Source of the DNA: Candidatus Nanopelagicales bacterium
GTDB lineage: Bacteria; Actinomycetota; Actinomycetes; JAHEKZ01
Reading direction: 5' to 3'
DNA: 64,000 bases
NCBI GenBank assembly: GCA_038316135.1
Contig: JBBQAL010000001.1
Span: 1,308-65,307 of the forward strand
Positions 41,653-50,062 of the stretch are shown here, in pieces; position 1 is the stretch's first letter; each line of letters begins with the position of its first letter. The notes below the pieces were generated by a model that saw only the letters and a list, made by a program, of their open reading frames with translations, was not told where the DNA came from and searched no databases. The position numbers and the translations under genes are program-made.

Positions 41653-43245
41653 ATGGCTCAGCGGTATGACGCCGTCGTCATTGGCGGGGGACACAACGGG
41701 CTCGTTGCAGCTGCCTACCTCGCGAAGTACGGCAAGCGGGTGGTCGTGCTTGAGGCACGCCACAAGACAGGCGGCGCTGCCGACACCAGTCAGCCCTGGC
41801 CGGAGGCGCCCGAGTTCAAGGTGACGACGTTGTCGTACACGATGAGCCTGATGCCGGAGTACATCCTCAAGGACCTCCAGCTGGCCAAGTACGGATACAA
41901 GATCAACCCACTCGGTCTCGGCTACCTGCCGACGCCTGACGGACGGTCGCTGATCAGCGACGGTCCCCGTCAGTACGACTCGTTCGCACAGTTCTCTAAA
42001 AAGGACGCCGACGCCTACGGCCCGTACTTCGAGTGGATCGGCCGGGTCGCCGGCATCTTGCACCCGTTGCTCGACAAGACCCCGCCACACGTTGGTTCCA
42101 AGAAGATCGGTGACATCAAAGATCTTGGCCAGCTCGCCTGGACGCTCCGCAAGCAGATCGACGAGCGCACCGTCGCCGACATCACCAGGCTCTTCACGAT
42201 GAGCGCGGCTGACCTGCTCGACCGTTGGTTCGAGAACCCGGTGGTGCTCGGATCGTTGGCGGTAAACGGGATCATTGGTACCTGGGCCGGCCCGATGAGC
42301 CCAGGAACCGCCTACGTCCTGATGCACCACTCGGTGGGAGAAGAGGCCGAGGGCAAGGTTTCATCCTGGGGCATGCCCGAGGGCGGAATGGGCGCGGTGG
42401 CCGATGCCTGCCGGTCGGCGGCGGAGTCGTTCGGCGCCGAGATTCGGGTGAACTCGCCGGTCAGCCAGGTCACCATCAAGGACGGACGTGCCACCGGCGT
42501 TGTGCTGGACGACGGTGAGGAGATCTCTGCCGACTTGGTCGTCACGACGTGCCACCCGCAGATCACCTTCCTGGACCAGATAGAACGTCATCACCTGCCG
42601 GACGACTTCGTTCACGACATCGAGAACTGGCGATCCCGGTCAGGCACGGTGAAGATCAACCTTGCCCTTGATCGGCTTCCGGAGTTCACCGCCGACCCAG
42701 GGTTCGACAAGGACATCCACGGCGGCGCCATCTTCATGATGGACGACCTCGAGTACCTCGAGACCGCATTTCAGGAGGCCAGAGCAGGCAAGCCGGCAAC
42801 GCTGCCGTTCTCCGACACCGAGATCCCGACGGTGTTCGACCGAACCCTTGCCCCTGAGGGGAAGCACATCATGTCGATGTTCACCCAGTGGGTTCCCGAG
42901 TCATGGAGCAAGGAGCCCCACGACGACGAGCTCAAGGCCTACGCCAACCGGCTCTACGACCGCTTCGACGCGGTGGCCCCAGGTTTCAAGGACTCGATCC
43001 TGCACGAGCAGATCATCGGCCCGCACGAGATGGAGCGAGACTTTGGCCTGATCGGCGGCAACATCTTCCACGGCGAGCTCACCGTGGATCAGCTCTTCCA
43101 CATGCGCCCAGCCGTTGGGTACGCCGACTACCGAACTCCGATCAAGGGGCTCTACCAAGGCTCCAGTGCCACCCACGCCGGTGGTGGCGTCACGGGAATG
43201 CCCGGTCACCACGCCGTCCGCGAGATCAGGCGCGACAAAGCCTGA
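41653..43245 (+). CDS. Phytoene-desaturase-family (CrtI-like) NAD(P)/FAD-dependent oxidoreductase
   Basis: ATG 41653 after GGAGG. Motif YDAVVIGGGHNGLVAAAYLAKYGKRVVVLEARHKTGGAA. 530 aa. Confidence 0.8.
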   Translation: MAQRYDAVVIGGGHNGLVAAAYLAKYGKRVVVLEARHKTGGAADTSQPWPEAPEFKVTTLSYTMSLMPEYILKDLQLAKYGYKINPLGLGYLPTPDGRSLISDGPRQYDSFAQFSKKDADAYGPYFEWIGRVAGILHPLLDKTPPHVGSKKIGDIKDLGQLAWTLRKQIDERTVADITRLFTMSAADLLDRWFENPVVLGSLAVNGIIGTWAGPMSPGTAYVLMHHSVGEEAEGKVSSWGMPEGGMGAVADACRSAAESFGAEIRVNSPVSQVTIKDGRATGVVLDDGEEISADLVVTTCHPQITFLDQIERHHLPDDFVHDIENWRSRSGTVKINLALDRLPEFTADPGFDKDIHGGAIFMMDDLEYLETAFQEARAGKPATLPFSDTEIPTVFDRTLAPEGKHIMSMFTQWVPESWSKEPHDDELKAYANRLYDRFDAVAPGFKDSILHEQIIGPHEMERDFGLIGGNIFHGELTVDQLFHMRPAVGYADYRTPIKGLYQGSSATHAGGGVTGMPGHHAVREIRRDKA

Positions 43246-43264
43246 CCCCCACGTGTGAGGCGCT

Positions 43265-43759
43265 TCAGCGGTAGTTGACGTACTGCAGAGCTACGTCGAG
43301 TTCCTTGCCGTCAAGTAGTCGCTGGATCGTCTGAAGGTCGTCGCGACTCTTACTGGTCACCCGCAGCTCGTCCCCTTGGATCTGGGCCTTGATGCCCTTG
43401 GGCCCCTCGTCCCGGATGATCTTGCCAATCTTCTTGGCGTGCTCCTGGCTAATGCCCTGGGAAAGTGTCCCACTGATCTTGTACTCCTTGCCCGATGCGG
43501 CAGGGTCGCCGGCATCGAGGTGCTTGAGCGACACCTTGCGCTTGACCAGCTTGTCCTTGAAGACGTCGAGTGCTGCCTTAACCCGCTCCTCGGAGTTGGC
43601 CCGGACCTCGATCCCCAACTCGCCCTGCCACTCGATAGACGCGCCGGTGCCCTTGAAGTCGTAGCGTTGGCTCAGCTCTTTGGCCGTCTGGTTCAAGGCG
43701 TTGTCGATCTCCTGACGGTCGACCTTGCTGACGATGTCGAACGAGGACTCCGAGGCCAT
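43265..43759 (-). CDS. yajQ: YajQ-family (UPF0234) nucleotide/c-di-GMP-binding protein
   Basis: 164 aa. Begins [32 protein letters not shown] and ends ...LQYVNYR. Confidence 0.85.
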   Translation of the reverse strand: MASESSFDIVSKVDRQEIDNALNQTAKELSQRYDFKGTGASIEWQGELGIEVRANSEERVKAALDVFKDKLVKRKVSLKHLDAGDPAASGKEYKISGTLSQGISQEHAKKIGKIIRDEGPKGIKAQIQGDELRVTSKSRDDLQTIQRLLDGKELDVALQYVNYR

Positions 43760-43858
43760 GGGGTTCCTTCCGGGCTGGTCTGGCGTGCTGAACGGTCAGC
43801 GTATGCGCGATGGGTGGCTGCGGTATTGTGGTCGTCCGCCGCCCAGCGCGGCAAGCCT

Positions 43859-43940
43859 GGCAGGTTGCCCGAGTGGCCAAAGGGAGCGGACTGTAAATCC
43901 GCCGGCTCAGCCTACGTTGGTTCGAACCCAACACCTGCCA
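43859..43940 (+). tRNA. tRNA-Tyr (GTA), long variable arm
   Basis: Folded by hand. Acceptor ggcaggt/acctgcc. Anticodon loop ctGTAaa. T arm gttgg-ttcgaac-ccaac. CCA is not encoded. Confidence 0.9.
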
Positions 43941-43944
43941 CGCC

Positions 43945-43976
43945 TAAGAACCCCCGACTCCGGTCGGGGGTTCTTA
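43945..43976. terminator. Perfect 14-bp stem / 4-nt loop hairpin (taagaacccccgac-tccg-gtcgggggttctta); likely bidirectional terminator
   Basis: Starts 5 nt after the tRNA-Tyr 3' end. Its right arm contains the TAA stop of the minus-strand Ser-repeat ORF. Confidence 0.6.
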
Positions 43977-44291
43977 CGTTCGGCGGGCGGTCGCCGCCAC
44001 GACCGTCGCCAAAGTTGCGAGCCCCACAACTGTCCCGATCAGGCGCCAGCGCCCCGTTGGAGTCCCCATGACGGCCCCGGCGGTCGCTGACGACATGAGG
44101 GACCCGGCGCTTGCCGCCGACAGGGCCGAAGCCGCAGACGCCGCTGAGCCGATCGACAGGACCGATGCCACCGATCCGACCGAACAGATGCTGGCCGCTG
44201 ACCCAATGGACCCGATCGACCCGATGCTGCCCTGGGACGCGATGGACAGGAACGAGTCGGTGGATGCGAGTGAGAGCCGGGAGTTCGTCAT
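43974..44291 (-). CDS. Candidate small tail-anchored protein with (Ser-x-x)x22 triplet repeat, 105 aa
   Basis: ATG 44291. Sequence: MTNSRLSLASTDSFLSIASQGSIGSIGSIGSAASICSVGSVASVLSIGSAASAASALSAASAGSLMSSATAGAVMGTPTGRWRLIGTVVGLATLATVVAATARRT. Ser occurs at every third residue from 4 to 67, encoded by both TCN (19) and AGC (3) codons. C-terminal hydrophobic helix followed by RRT. The stop lies inside the hairpin. No clear SD. An antisense plus-strand frame shares the same third codon positions, so strand assignment is not certain. Confidence 0.45.
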   Translation of the reverse strand: MTNSRLSLASTDSFLSIASQGSIGSIGSIGSAASICSVGSVASVLSIGSAASAASALSAASAGSLMSSATAGAVMGTPTGRWRLIGTVVGLATLATVVAATARRT

Positions 44292-44399
44292 GGGCGAATT
44301 GTGGCTGGCGGGGAAGGATCGCGATAGTGGCTGGCGAGGCCGATTTCTCGGGCGGCGTCGGCCCCGTGTAACCTGTCTCCGCTCGGGAAGCCGAGTGAG

Positions 44400-44472
44400 G
44401 CCCCAATAGCTCAGTCGGTAGAGCGTCTCCATGGTAAGGAGAAGGTCTACGGTTCGATTCCGTATTGGGGCT
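44400..44472 (+). tRNA. tRNA-Thr (GGT)
   Basis: Acceptor gccccaa/ttggggc. Anticodon loop atGGTaa. T arm tacgg-ttcgatt-ccgta. Confidence 0.9.
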
Positions 44473-44519
44473 CGGGGCCTGGCCATCGATCCTCACCGGT
44501 CGCGGCGCCAGGTTCGGTC

Positions 44520-44593
44520 GGCGGAGTAGCTCAGGTTGGCAGAGCAAGCGGCTCATAATCGCTGTGTCGCCGGTTCAAATCCGGCCTCCGCTA
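44520..44593 (+). tRNA. tRNA-Met (CAT), elongator type
   Basis: Acceptor ggcggag/ctccgct (first pair G-U). Anticodon loop ctCATaa. T arm gccgg-ttcaaat-ccggc. Confidence 0.85.
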
Positions 44594-44644
44594 CTCAGCA
44601 GGTAGGCAGTCCAGCAACACCCAAAAGCAACCCTAGGAGTCCCG

Positions 44645-44809
44645 GTGGCCAAGAGCGACGTTCGGCCGAAAATTACGATGGCCTGCGCGGACTGCAAGAA
44701 CCGCAACTACATCACCAAGAAGAACCGTCGGAATGACCCCGACCGGATCTCGCTGCAGAAGTTCTGCCCCAACTGCGGCAAGCACACCGAGCACCGCGAG
44801 ACTCGCTAG
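44645..44809 (+). CDS. rpmG: 50S ribosomal protein L33
   Basis: Below the ORF-track size cutoff. My translation from GTG 44645 (after AGGAG): [54 protein letters not shown]. Zinc-ribbon CxxC...CxxC form. Confidence 0.93.
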   Translation: MAKSDVRPKITMACADCKNRNYITKKNRRNDPDRISLQKFCPNCGKHTEHRETR

Positions 44810-44827
44810 TCGCGGTCTGGTGACGCG

Positions 44828-45661
44828 GTGACCACTCCGCATCCGGCGGCTGCGTCAGGCCGGCTGACCGGACGAGTCGCTGTGATCACCGGCGCTGGAC
44901 GCGGTATCGGTCGCTCCACCGCCCTCCGCCTCGCTGCCGAGGGGGCGTTCGTCGTCCTCGGTGACCTCGATCGAGGGCCTCTTGAGGCGGTGGCGGCCGA
45001 GCTCCCCGGCCCCGTGACCGCCACGTACGCCGGCGACACCGCCGACGCCGAGCAGGCGAGTGCCTTGATCCAGACGGCCATCGACGCGTTTGGAACCGTG
45101 GACATCCTGGTCAACAACGCCGGGACAACACGCGACCGCATGTTCCACCGCCAGGACGCTGCCGACCTGGACGCTGCGATGGACGCCAACCTACGCACAG
45201 CGTGGAACGCGACTCAGGCTGCACTGAGTGTCATGCGACCTGCTGCGAAGGCCGAGATCGCCGCGTCAGGTGCTGTCGACCACCAACGCAAGATCGTCTT
45301 CACGTCGTCGGTAGCTGCCCTCACCGGTAATCCCGGCCAGGCCAACTACACCGCGGCAAAAGGGGCGATCATCGCCCTCGTTCGTACTCTCGCCCAGGAA
45401 CTGGGTCCGTTCGGCATCAACGTGAACGCTGTTGCTCCTGGCTTCATCGAGACGAGGCTCACCGCGGAGAAGGGTGCGGCGCGTGACGTCGGCATCCCCC
45501 GTGAGATCCGCGAGTCCATCCGCGGCATGATCAGTCTCGGCCGCTTCGGGCAGCCGGAGGACATTGCCGCGGCGACGGCGTTCCTGGCATCGCCCGACAG
45601 CGACTATGTCTCAGGGGTCACGCTCCCGGTTACCGGGGGCCAGTTCGGAGGGATGGGCTGA
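44828..45661 (+). CDS. Short-chain dehydrogenase/reductase, 3-oxoacyl-ACP reductase (FabG)-like
   Basis: VAVITGAGRGIGRSTA, NNAG, and a YTAAK catalytic Tyr-x3-Lys. Confidence 0.85.
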   Translation: MTTPHPAAASGRLTGRVAVITGAGRGIGRSTALRLAAEGAFVVLGDLDRGPLEAVAAELPGPVTATYAGDTADAEQASALIQTAIDAFGTVDILVNNAGTTRDRMFHRQDAADLDAAMDANLRTAWNATQAALSVMRPAAKAEIAASGAVDHQRKIVFTSSVAALTGNPGQANYTAAKGAIIALVRTLAQELGPFGINVNAVAPGFIETRLTAEKGAARDVGIPREIRESIRGMISLGRFGQPEDIAAATAFLASPDSDYVSGVTLPVTGGQFGGMG

Positions 45662-45663
45662 GC

Positions 45664-46110
45664 ATGGCGCTCAATGTCGAGCTCGTCGGCAAGCAGTACC
45701 CACCGCAGACCTACGAAGTCGCGCGCGAGAAGATCCGTGAGTTTGCCGCGGCAGTCGGCGACGACAACCCCGCCTACCGCGACGTGGATGCCGCGCTGGC
45801 GCTTGGCCACGGTGATCTGGTCGCGCCGCCTACCTTCGCTGTCGTCGTCACGCGTGGGCCGCAGCTCGAGGTCATCGACGACCCCGAGCTCGGCCTCGAC
45901 TTCTCTCGCGTCGTTCACGGTGACCAGAAGTTCCAGTACACCCGCCCCATCGTGGCCGGCGAGGTGCTGCAAACGACTGCATCGGTCCACTCGGCACGGA
46001 CGATGGCCGGTAACGACATCCTGACGATTCGAAGCGACGTCGCAGACCAAGCCGGAGCCCCGGTTGTCTCCGTGTTCGCCACCCTTGTGGCCAGAGCAGT
46101 GGAGGGCTGA
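45664..46110 (+). CDS. MaoC-like (hot-dog) dehydratase, HadA-like non-catalytic subunit
   Basis: 148 aa. As I recall from mycobacteria, the rpmG-hadA-hadB order matches this position. Confidence 0.75.
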   Translation: MALNVELVGKQYPPQTYEVAREKIREFAAAVGDDNPAYRDVDAALALGHGDLVAPPTFAVVVTRGPQLEVIDDPELGLDFSRVVHGDQKFQYTRPIVAGEVLQTTASVHSARTMAGNDILTIRSDVADQAGAPVVSVFATLVARAVEG

Positions 46111-46113
46111 CCG

Positions 46114-46542
46114 GTGGCAGCAACGGTGCGCGCCAACGACGTGGAGGTCGGAACCGAACTTCCGCCGCAGTCCTTCACCCTGCATCGAGTCGACCTCGTC
46201 AAGTACGCCGGTGCCTCTGGCGACTTCAACGTCATTCACTGGAACGAGCGAGTGGCCACCGAGGTTGGTCTACCGAACGTGATCGCACACGGAATGCTCA
46301 CGATGGCCGAGGCGGTGCGGGTGGTCACCGACTGGTGTGGTGACCCAGGTGCCGTGATCGAGTACAGCACCAGGTTCATCAAGCCGGTGCCCGTTCCTGA
46401 CGACGGTGTCGGTGCCTCTGTTGACGTCGGCGGCAAGGTGATCGAGGTTCTTGACGCCGGGCGCGTCAAGGTTGAGCTCACCGCCACCTGCGACGGCGTC
46501 AAGGTCCTCGGTATGGCGCGCGTCGTCGTCCAACTCACCTGA
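46114..46542 (+). CDS. MaoC-like (3R)-hydroxyacyl dehydratase, HadB-like catalytic subunit
   Basis: Hydratase motif SGDFNVIHWNERVA...GLPNVIAHG. Confidence 0.8.
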   Translation: MAATVRANDVEVGTELPPQSFTLHRVDLVKYAGASGDFNVIHWNERVATEVGLPNVIAHGMLTMAEAVRVVTDWCGDPGAVIEYSTRFIKPVPVPDDGVGASVDVGGKVIEVLDAGRVKVELTATCDGVKVLGMARVVVQLT

Positions 46543-47573
46543 TGCTCGAGCGCACCGACGGCTCGCTCGCTTCGCTGACCACCCTCCGGGTCGGCGGGAG
46601 AGCAGCGCGACTCGTCGAAGCATCGACGCGCGAAGAGTTGGTCGATGTGATTCGAGGCGAAGGACGTGACGGTTGCCTCATTCTCGGCGGCGGATCGAAT
46701 CTGGTGGTTTCCGACGCCGGGGTCGAAGTCCCGGTGATCGCAGTGCGTACCACTGGGGTTGAGGTCGACTTCGTGGCTGAGCGCGCGCTCATCGACGTCG
46801 CGGCAGGTGAGCCATGGGACGCACTTGTTGCGCGCTGCGTCGCGGAGGGGTGGGCGGGGATCGAGGCGCTCTCGGGCATTCCGGGTTCGGTCGGGGCGAC
46901 GCCGATTCAGAATGTGGGCGCCTACGGTCAACAGATAGCTGATGTTGTGGTCAGCGTCGACGTCCTCGACCGGGTGACCGATCGCATCCACGCCATGACC
47001 GCCGCCGAGTGCGGGTTCGGTTACCGCACCAGTGTGTTCAAGGCCCACTCGGACAGGTTCGTGGTGTTGTCGGTGCGGCTTCGGCTCCCAGTGTCCCGGC
47101 AGGGTGCGCCCGTTCTTTACACCGAGTTGGCTCGGCGTCTTGCTGTCGAACCCGGTGAATCCGCCCCGCTCATCGACGTGCGTGCCGCGGTGCTCGACCT
47201 ACGTCGTGCCAAGGGAATGGTGCTCGACGACGCCGACCACGACACTTGGTCGGCCGGCTCGTTCTTCACCAACCCGGTACTGGCGCTGGCTGACGTTCCG
47301 GCCCACGCCCCACAGTGGCTGCAGGACGATGGGCGCGTAAAGACGTCAGCGGCCTGGCTGATCGAGCAAGCCGGATTCCCCAAGGGCTTCGGCGACGATG
47401 TTGGCACCGGTGCCGCGACCCTCTCGACCAAGCACACGCTGGCCGTCACCAACCGCGGGGGAGCCACCACCGAAGACATCTTGTTGCTCGCTCGCACCGT
47501 GCGGGCTGGTGTCCACGACAGGTTCGGCGTGACCTTGCATCCGGAACCCACGCTGGTCGGCGTCGATCTCTGA
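46542..47573 (+). CDS. murB: UDP-N-acetylenolpyruvoylglucosamine reductase
   Basis: LTTLRVGGRAARLVE, GGGSNLVV, GIPGSVGATPIQNVGAYG, AGSFFTNP. Confidence 0.92.
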   Translation: MLERTDGSLASLTTLRVGGRAARLVEASTREELVDVIRGEGRDGCLILGGGSNLVVSDAGVEVPVIAVRTTGVEVDFVAERALIDVAAGEPWDALVARCVAEGWAGIEALSGIPGSVGATPIQNVGAYGQQIADVVVSVDVLDRVTDRIHAMTAAECGFGYRTSVFKAHSDRFVVLSVRLRLPVSRQGAPVLYTELARRLAVEPGESAPLIDVRAAVLDLRRAKGMVLDDADHDTWSAGSFFTNPVLALADVPAHAPQWLQDDGRVKTSAAWLIEQAGFPKGFGDDVGTGAATLSTKHTLAVTNRGGATTEDILLLARTVRAGVHDRFGVTLHPEPTLVGVDL

Positions 47574-47601
47574 CTGAGCGTTTCTCACCCCAGTCCGTCG
47601 T

Positions 47602-48672
47602 TCACAGGTTGGGGGAGAGCCAGGAGTCGATGCCGGCGAGGATGTTATTGCGGTGCGACTCCGGAGCCAAGGAGGCATTGACCGATGATCTCGCGAGATC
47701 GGCAAGCCCATTGTCGTCGAAGCCGTGCACGTCGCGGGCGGTCTCGTACTGGGCGGTGAGTCTGGACCCGAAGAGCAGCGGGTCGTCGGCACCCAGGGCT
47801 ACCGGTACGCCCGCTTCGACCAGCGTGCGGACGGGCACATCCGCCAGGGTGTCGTAGACCCCGAGCGCCACGTTCGAAGCCGGGCAGACTTCCAGAGCCA
47901 CTCCGTCATCAGCGAGACGTTTCACCAGGTCGGCATCCTCGACACTGCGCACTCCGTGTCCCACCCTGGCTGCCCCCAGAACGTCAAGGCACCTGCGAAC
48001 ACTGTCGGCTCCGAGAAGCTCACCGCCGTGCGGGACGCCGGCTAATCCGGCATGGCGGGCGATTCGAAATGCCTCGGCGAAGTCGTCGGCGTTGCCCCGG
48101 CGTTCATCGTTGGCGAGCCCAAACCCCACGACCCCGTGATCGGCGTAGCGCACAGCAAGCCGGGCCAACGTCCGGGCGTCCAGGGGGTGGCGGGTGCGAT
48201 TGGCGCCGACGATCACCCCGATTGCCAGGCCGGTCGACGCCGATGCTGCGCGGACAGCGTCCAACATGAGCTCGAAGGTGGCAGTCAGGCCGTCGAAGCG
48301 CATGGCATAGCCAGAGGGATCGACTTGGATCTCGAGCCATTGGGACCCGTCGGCCACCTCGTCCTCAGCCACCTCGCGGACGAGTCGAAAGATGTCGTCC
48401 GGATCGCGGAGTACTGATCTGGCCGTGTCGTAGAGCCGCTGAAACCGGAACCAGCCGCGTTCATCGGTGGCCCGTAGCTCCGGAGGGTCGTCCGACGTCA
48501 GAGCCTCTGGCAGGTGAACGTGGTGGCGCTCGGCCAAATCCAGCAGCGTGGTGTGCCGCATCGCTCCGGTGAAGTGGAGATGTAGGTGGGCCTTGGGCAG
48601 TGCTCGCGCGTTTCGGGAGGGGCTGCTCTCGTCTTCCGCACCTGCCACGAGTCCAGGGTATGCACCTGGCAC
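47602..48672 (-). CDS. add: Adenosine deaminase family protein
   Basis: LPKAHLHLHFTGAM, RVGHGV, LEVCPASNV, LGADDP. Confidence 0.85.
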   Translation of the reverse strand: MPGAYPGLVAGAEDESSPSRNARALPKAHLHLHFTGAMRHTTLLDLAERHHVHLPEALTSDDPPELRATDERGWFRFQRLYDTARSVLRDPDDIFRLVREVAEDEVADGSQWLEIQVDPSGYAMRFDGLTATFELMLDAVRAASASTGLAIGVIVGANRTRHPLDARTLARLAVRYADHGVVGFGLANDERRGNADDFAEAFRIARHAGLAGVPHGGELLGADSVRRCLDVLGAARVGHGVRSVEDADLVKRLADDGVALEVCPASNVALGVYDTLADVPVRTLVEAGVPVALGADDPLLFGSRLTAQYETARDVHGFDDNGLADLARSSVNASLAPESHRNNILAGIDSWLSPNL

Positions 48673-48685
48673 AGCCCTAGGGACC

Positions 48686-48726
48686 TTGGTCCCGAAGGAG
48701 CCGGGACTATATACCCTGGGGGGTAT
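48686..48726 (+). promoter_or_regulatory. Candidate promoter (TTGGTC-N16-TATATA) overlapped by the inverted repeat ATACCC-TGGG-GGGTAT (48711-48726), a CsoR/CstR-type operator look-alike
   Basis: Read directly. The palindrome lies 89-104 nt upstream of the SQR-like ATG. It is the most AT-rich spot in the intergenic region. Confidence 0.4.
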
Positions 48727-48814
48727 CGGCTCTGAACCCTAGCGTTGGCCTTGGAAGTCCCCCACGGATCTTGAGGGTCCTGGTGGAGAACCCACGAAGG
48801 CTCGGGAGTACACG

Positions 48815-50062
48815 ATGAAGCGCCTACTCGTACTCGGCGGCGGTACCGCTGGCACCATGGTGGTCAACAAGCTCCGCCCGCGTCTGGCCCGTGGTGAGTG
48901 GCAGATCACCGTTGTCGACCAGCGCGACGTCCACTACTACCAACCTGGGTACCTCTTTATCCCGTTCGGCGCCTACCGGCCCGACGAGGTCGTCAAGCCC
49001 ACCAAGCGCTTCATGCCAGAGGGTGTCGACCTCCTGCACGGCGAGATCGACCGGGTCGACGCAGAGGCCGGCCACGTGTTGCTCGTGGACGGGACCGTGC
49101 TCGAGTACGACCAGCTGGTGATCGCCACCGGCACGACGCCGCGTCCGGCCGAGACTCCCGGAATGGACGAGGGCGAGTGGCGCAAGAGCATCCACGAGTT
49201 CTACACCCACGAAGGAGCCACCGCCCTTGGCGAGAAGCTCAAGACGTGGGAAGGCGGACGCCTCGTCGTGCACATCGTGGACATGCCGATCAAGTGCCCG
49301 GTCGCGCCGCTTGAGTTCACCTTCCTGGCCGACTCATTCTTCCGCGAGAACGGGATTCGCGACCAGGTCGAGATCGTCTACGTGACGCCTCTCCCTGGCG
49401 CATTCACCAAGCCCATTGCCTCCAAGCACCTCGGCGGCATGCTTGACGAGCGCAAGGTTGCTCTCGAAGCCGACTTCATGGTCGAGAGCATCAACCCCGA
49501 GACGAAGACGCTCGTTTCCTACGACGAGCGCGAGGTGCCGTTCGACCTGTTGGTCACCATCCCGCTGAACATGGGCGCTGACTTCGTGGCGAGGTCTGGC
49601 CTCGGTGACGACCTCAACTACGTCAAGGTTGACAAGCACACTTTCCAGTCGACCCAGTTCGACAACATCTTCGCGATCGGTGACGCGTCCAACATCCCGG
49701 CGTCGAAGGCCGGATCTGTCGCGCATTTTGCCGTCGACATCTTCACTCATAACTTCCTCCGGCACGTCGATGGCATGGCGATGGACGAGAAGTTCGACGG
49801 CCACGCCAACTGCTTCATCGAGTCTGGCAACGGCAAGGGCATGCTGATCGACTTCAACTACGACACCGAGCCGATGACGGGCAAGTACCCGCTCCCAGGC
49901 GTCGGACCGTTCAGCTTGCTCAAGGAGACCGAGCTCAACCACTGGGGCAAGTTGATGTTCCGCTGGATCTACTGGAACGTCCTGCTCCCCGGCAAAGAGT
50001 TGCCGCTGCCGGCCCTGATGTCGATGGCCGGCAAGGAAGTCCCGGATGAGGTGGCGTCATGA
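48815..50062 (+). CDS. Sulfide:quinone oxidoreductase-like NAD(P)/FAD-dependent oxidoreductase
   Basis: LLVLGGGTAGTMVVNKL; candidate redox cysteines in PIKCPVAPLE and GHANCFIESG; FAIGDASN. 415 aa. Confidence 0.8.
   Translation: MKRLLVLGGGTAGTMVVNKLRPRLARGEWQITVVDQRDVHYYQPGYLFIPFGAYRPDEVVKPTKRFMPEGVDLLHGEIDRVDAEAGHVLLVDGTVLEYDQLVIATGTTPRPAETPGMDEGEWRKSIHEFYTHEGATALGEKLKTWEGGRLVVHIVDMPIKCPVAPLEFTFLADSFFRENGIRDQVEIVYVTPLPGAFTKPIASKHLGGMLDERKVALEADFMVESINPETKTLVSYDEREVPFDLLVTIPLNMGADFVARSGLGDDLNYVKVDKHTFQSTQFDNIFAIGDASNIPASKAGSVAHFAVDIFTHNFLRHVDGMAMDEKFDGHANCFIESGNGKGMLIDFNYDTEPMTGKYPLPGVGPFSLLKETELNHWGKLMFRWIYWNVLLPGKELPLPALMSMAGKEVPDEVAS

Noticed and set aside
44068-44409. 113-aa plus-strand acidic ORF (DPxDPxD periodicity) with a GGAG SD
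   Set aside because: Not fully excluded. It is disfavoured because its periodic acidic residue is broken by Leu exactly where the minus frame uses AGC-Ser, and because it reads 10 nt into tRNA-Thr. It is kept as the alternative hypothesis in the finding.
43912-44556. 214-aa minus-strand ORF, and the 170-aa form of ORF 43974-44486
   Set aside because: Both run antisense through tRNA-Thr and/or tRNA-Met; a string like NRTVDLLLTMETLYRLSYWG is the classic antisense-tRNA translation. Only the part downstream of ATG 44291 was retained as a candidate.
43859-44593. tRNA cluster considered as a possible integration site of a mobile element
   Set aside because: No integrase, no duplicated tRNA 3' end and no phage or IS genes nearby. 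The flanking gene order (yajQ...rpmG-had-murB) looks like conserved core.
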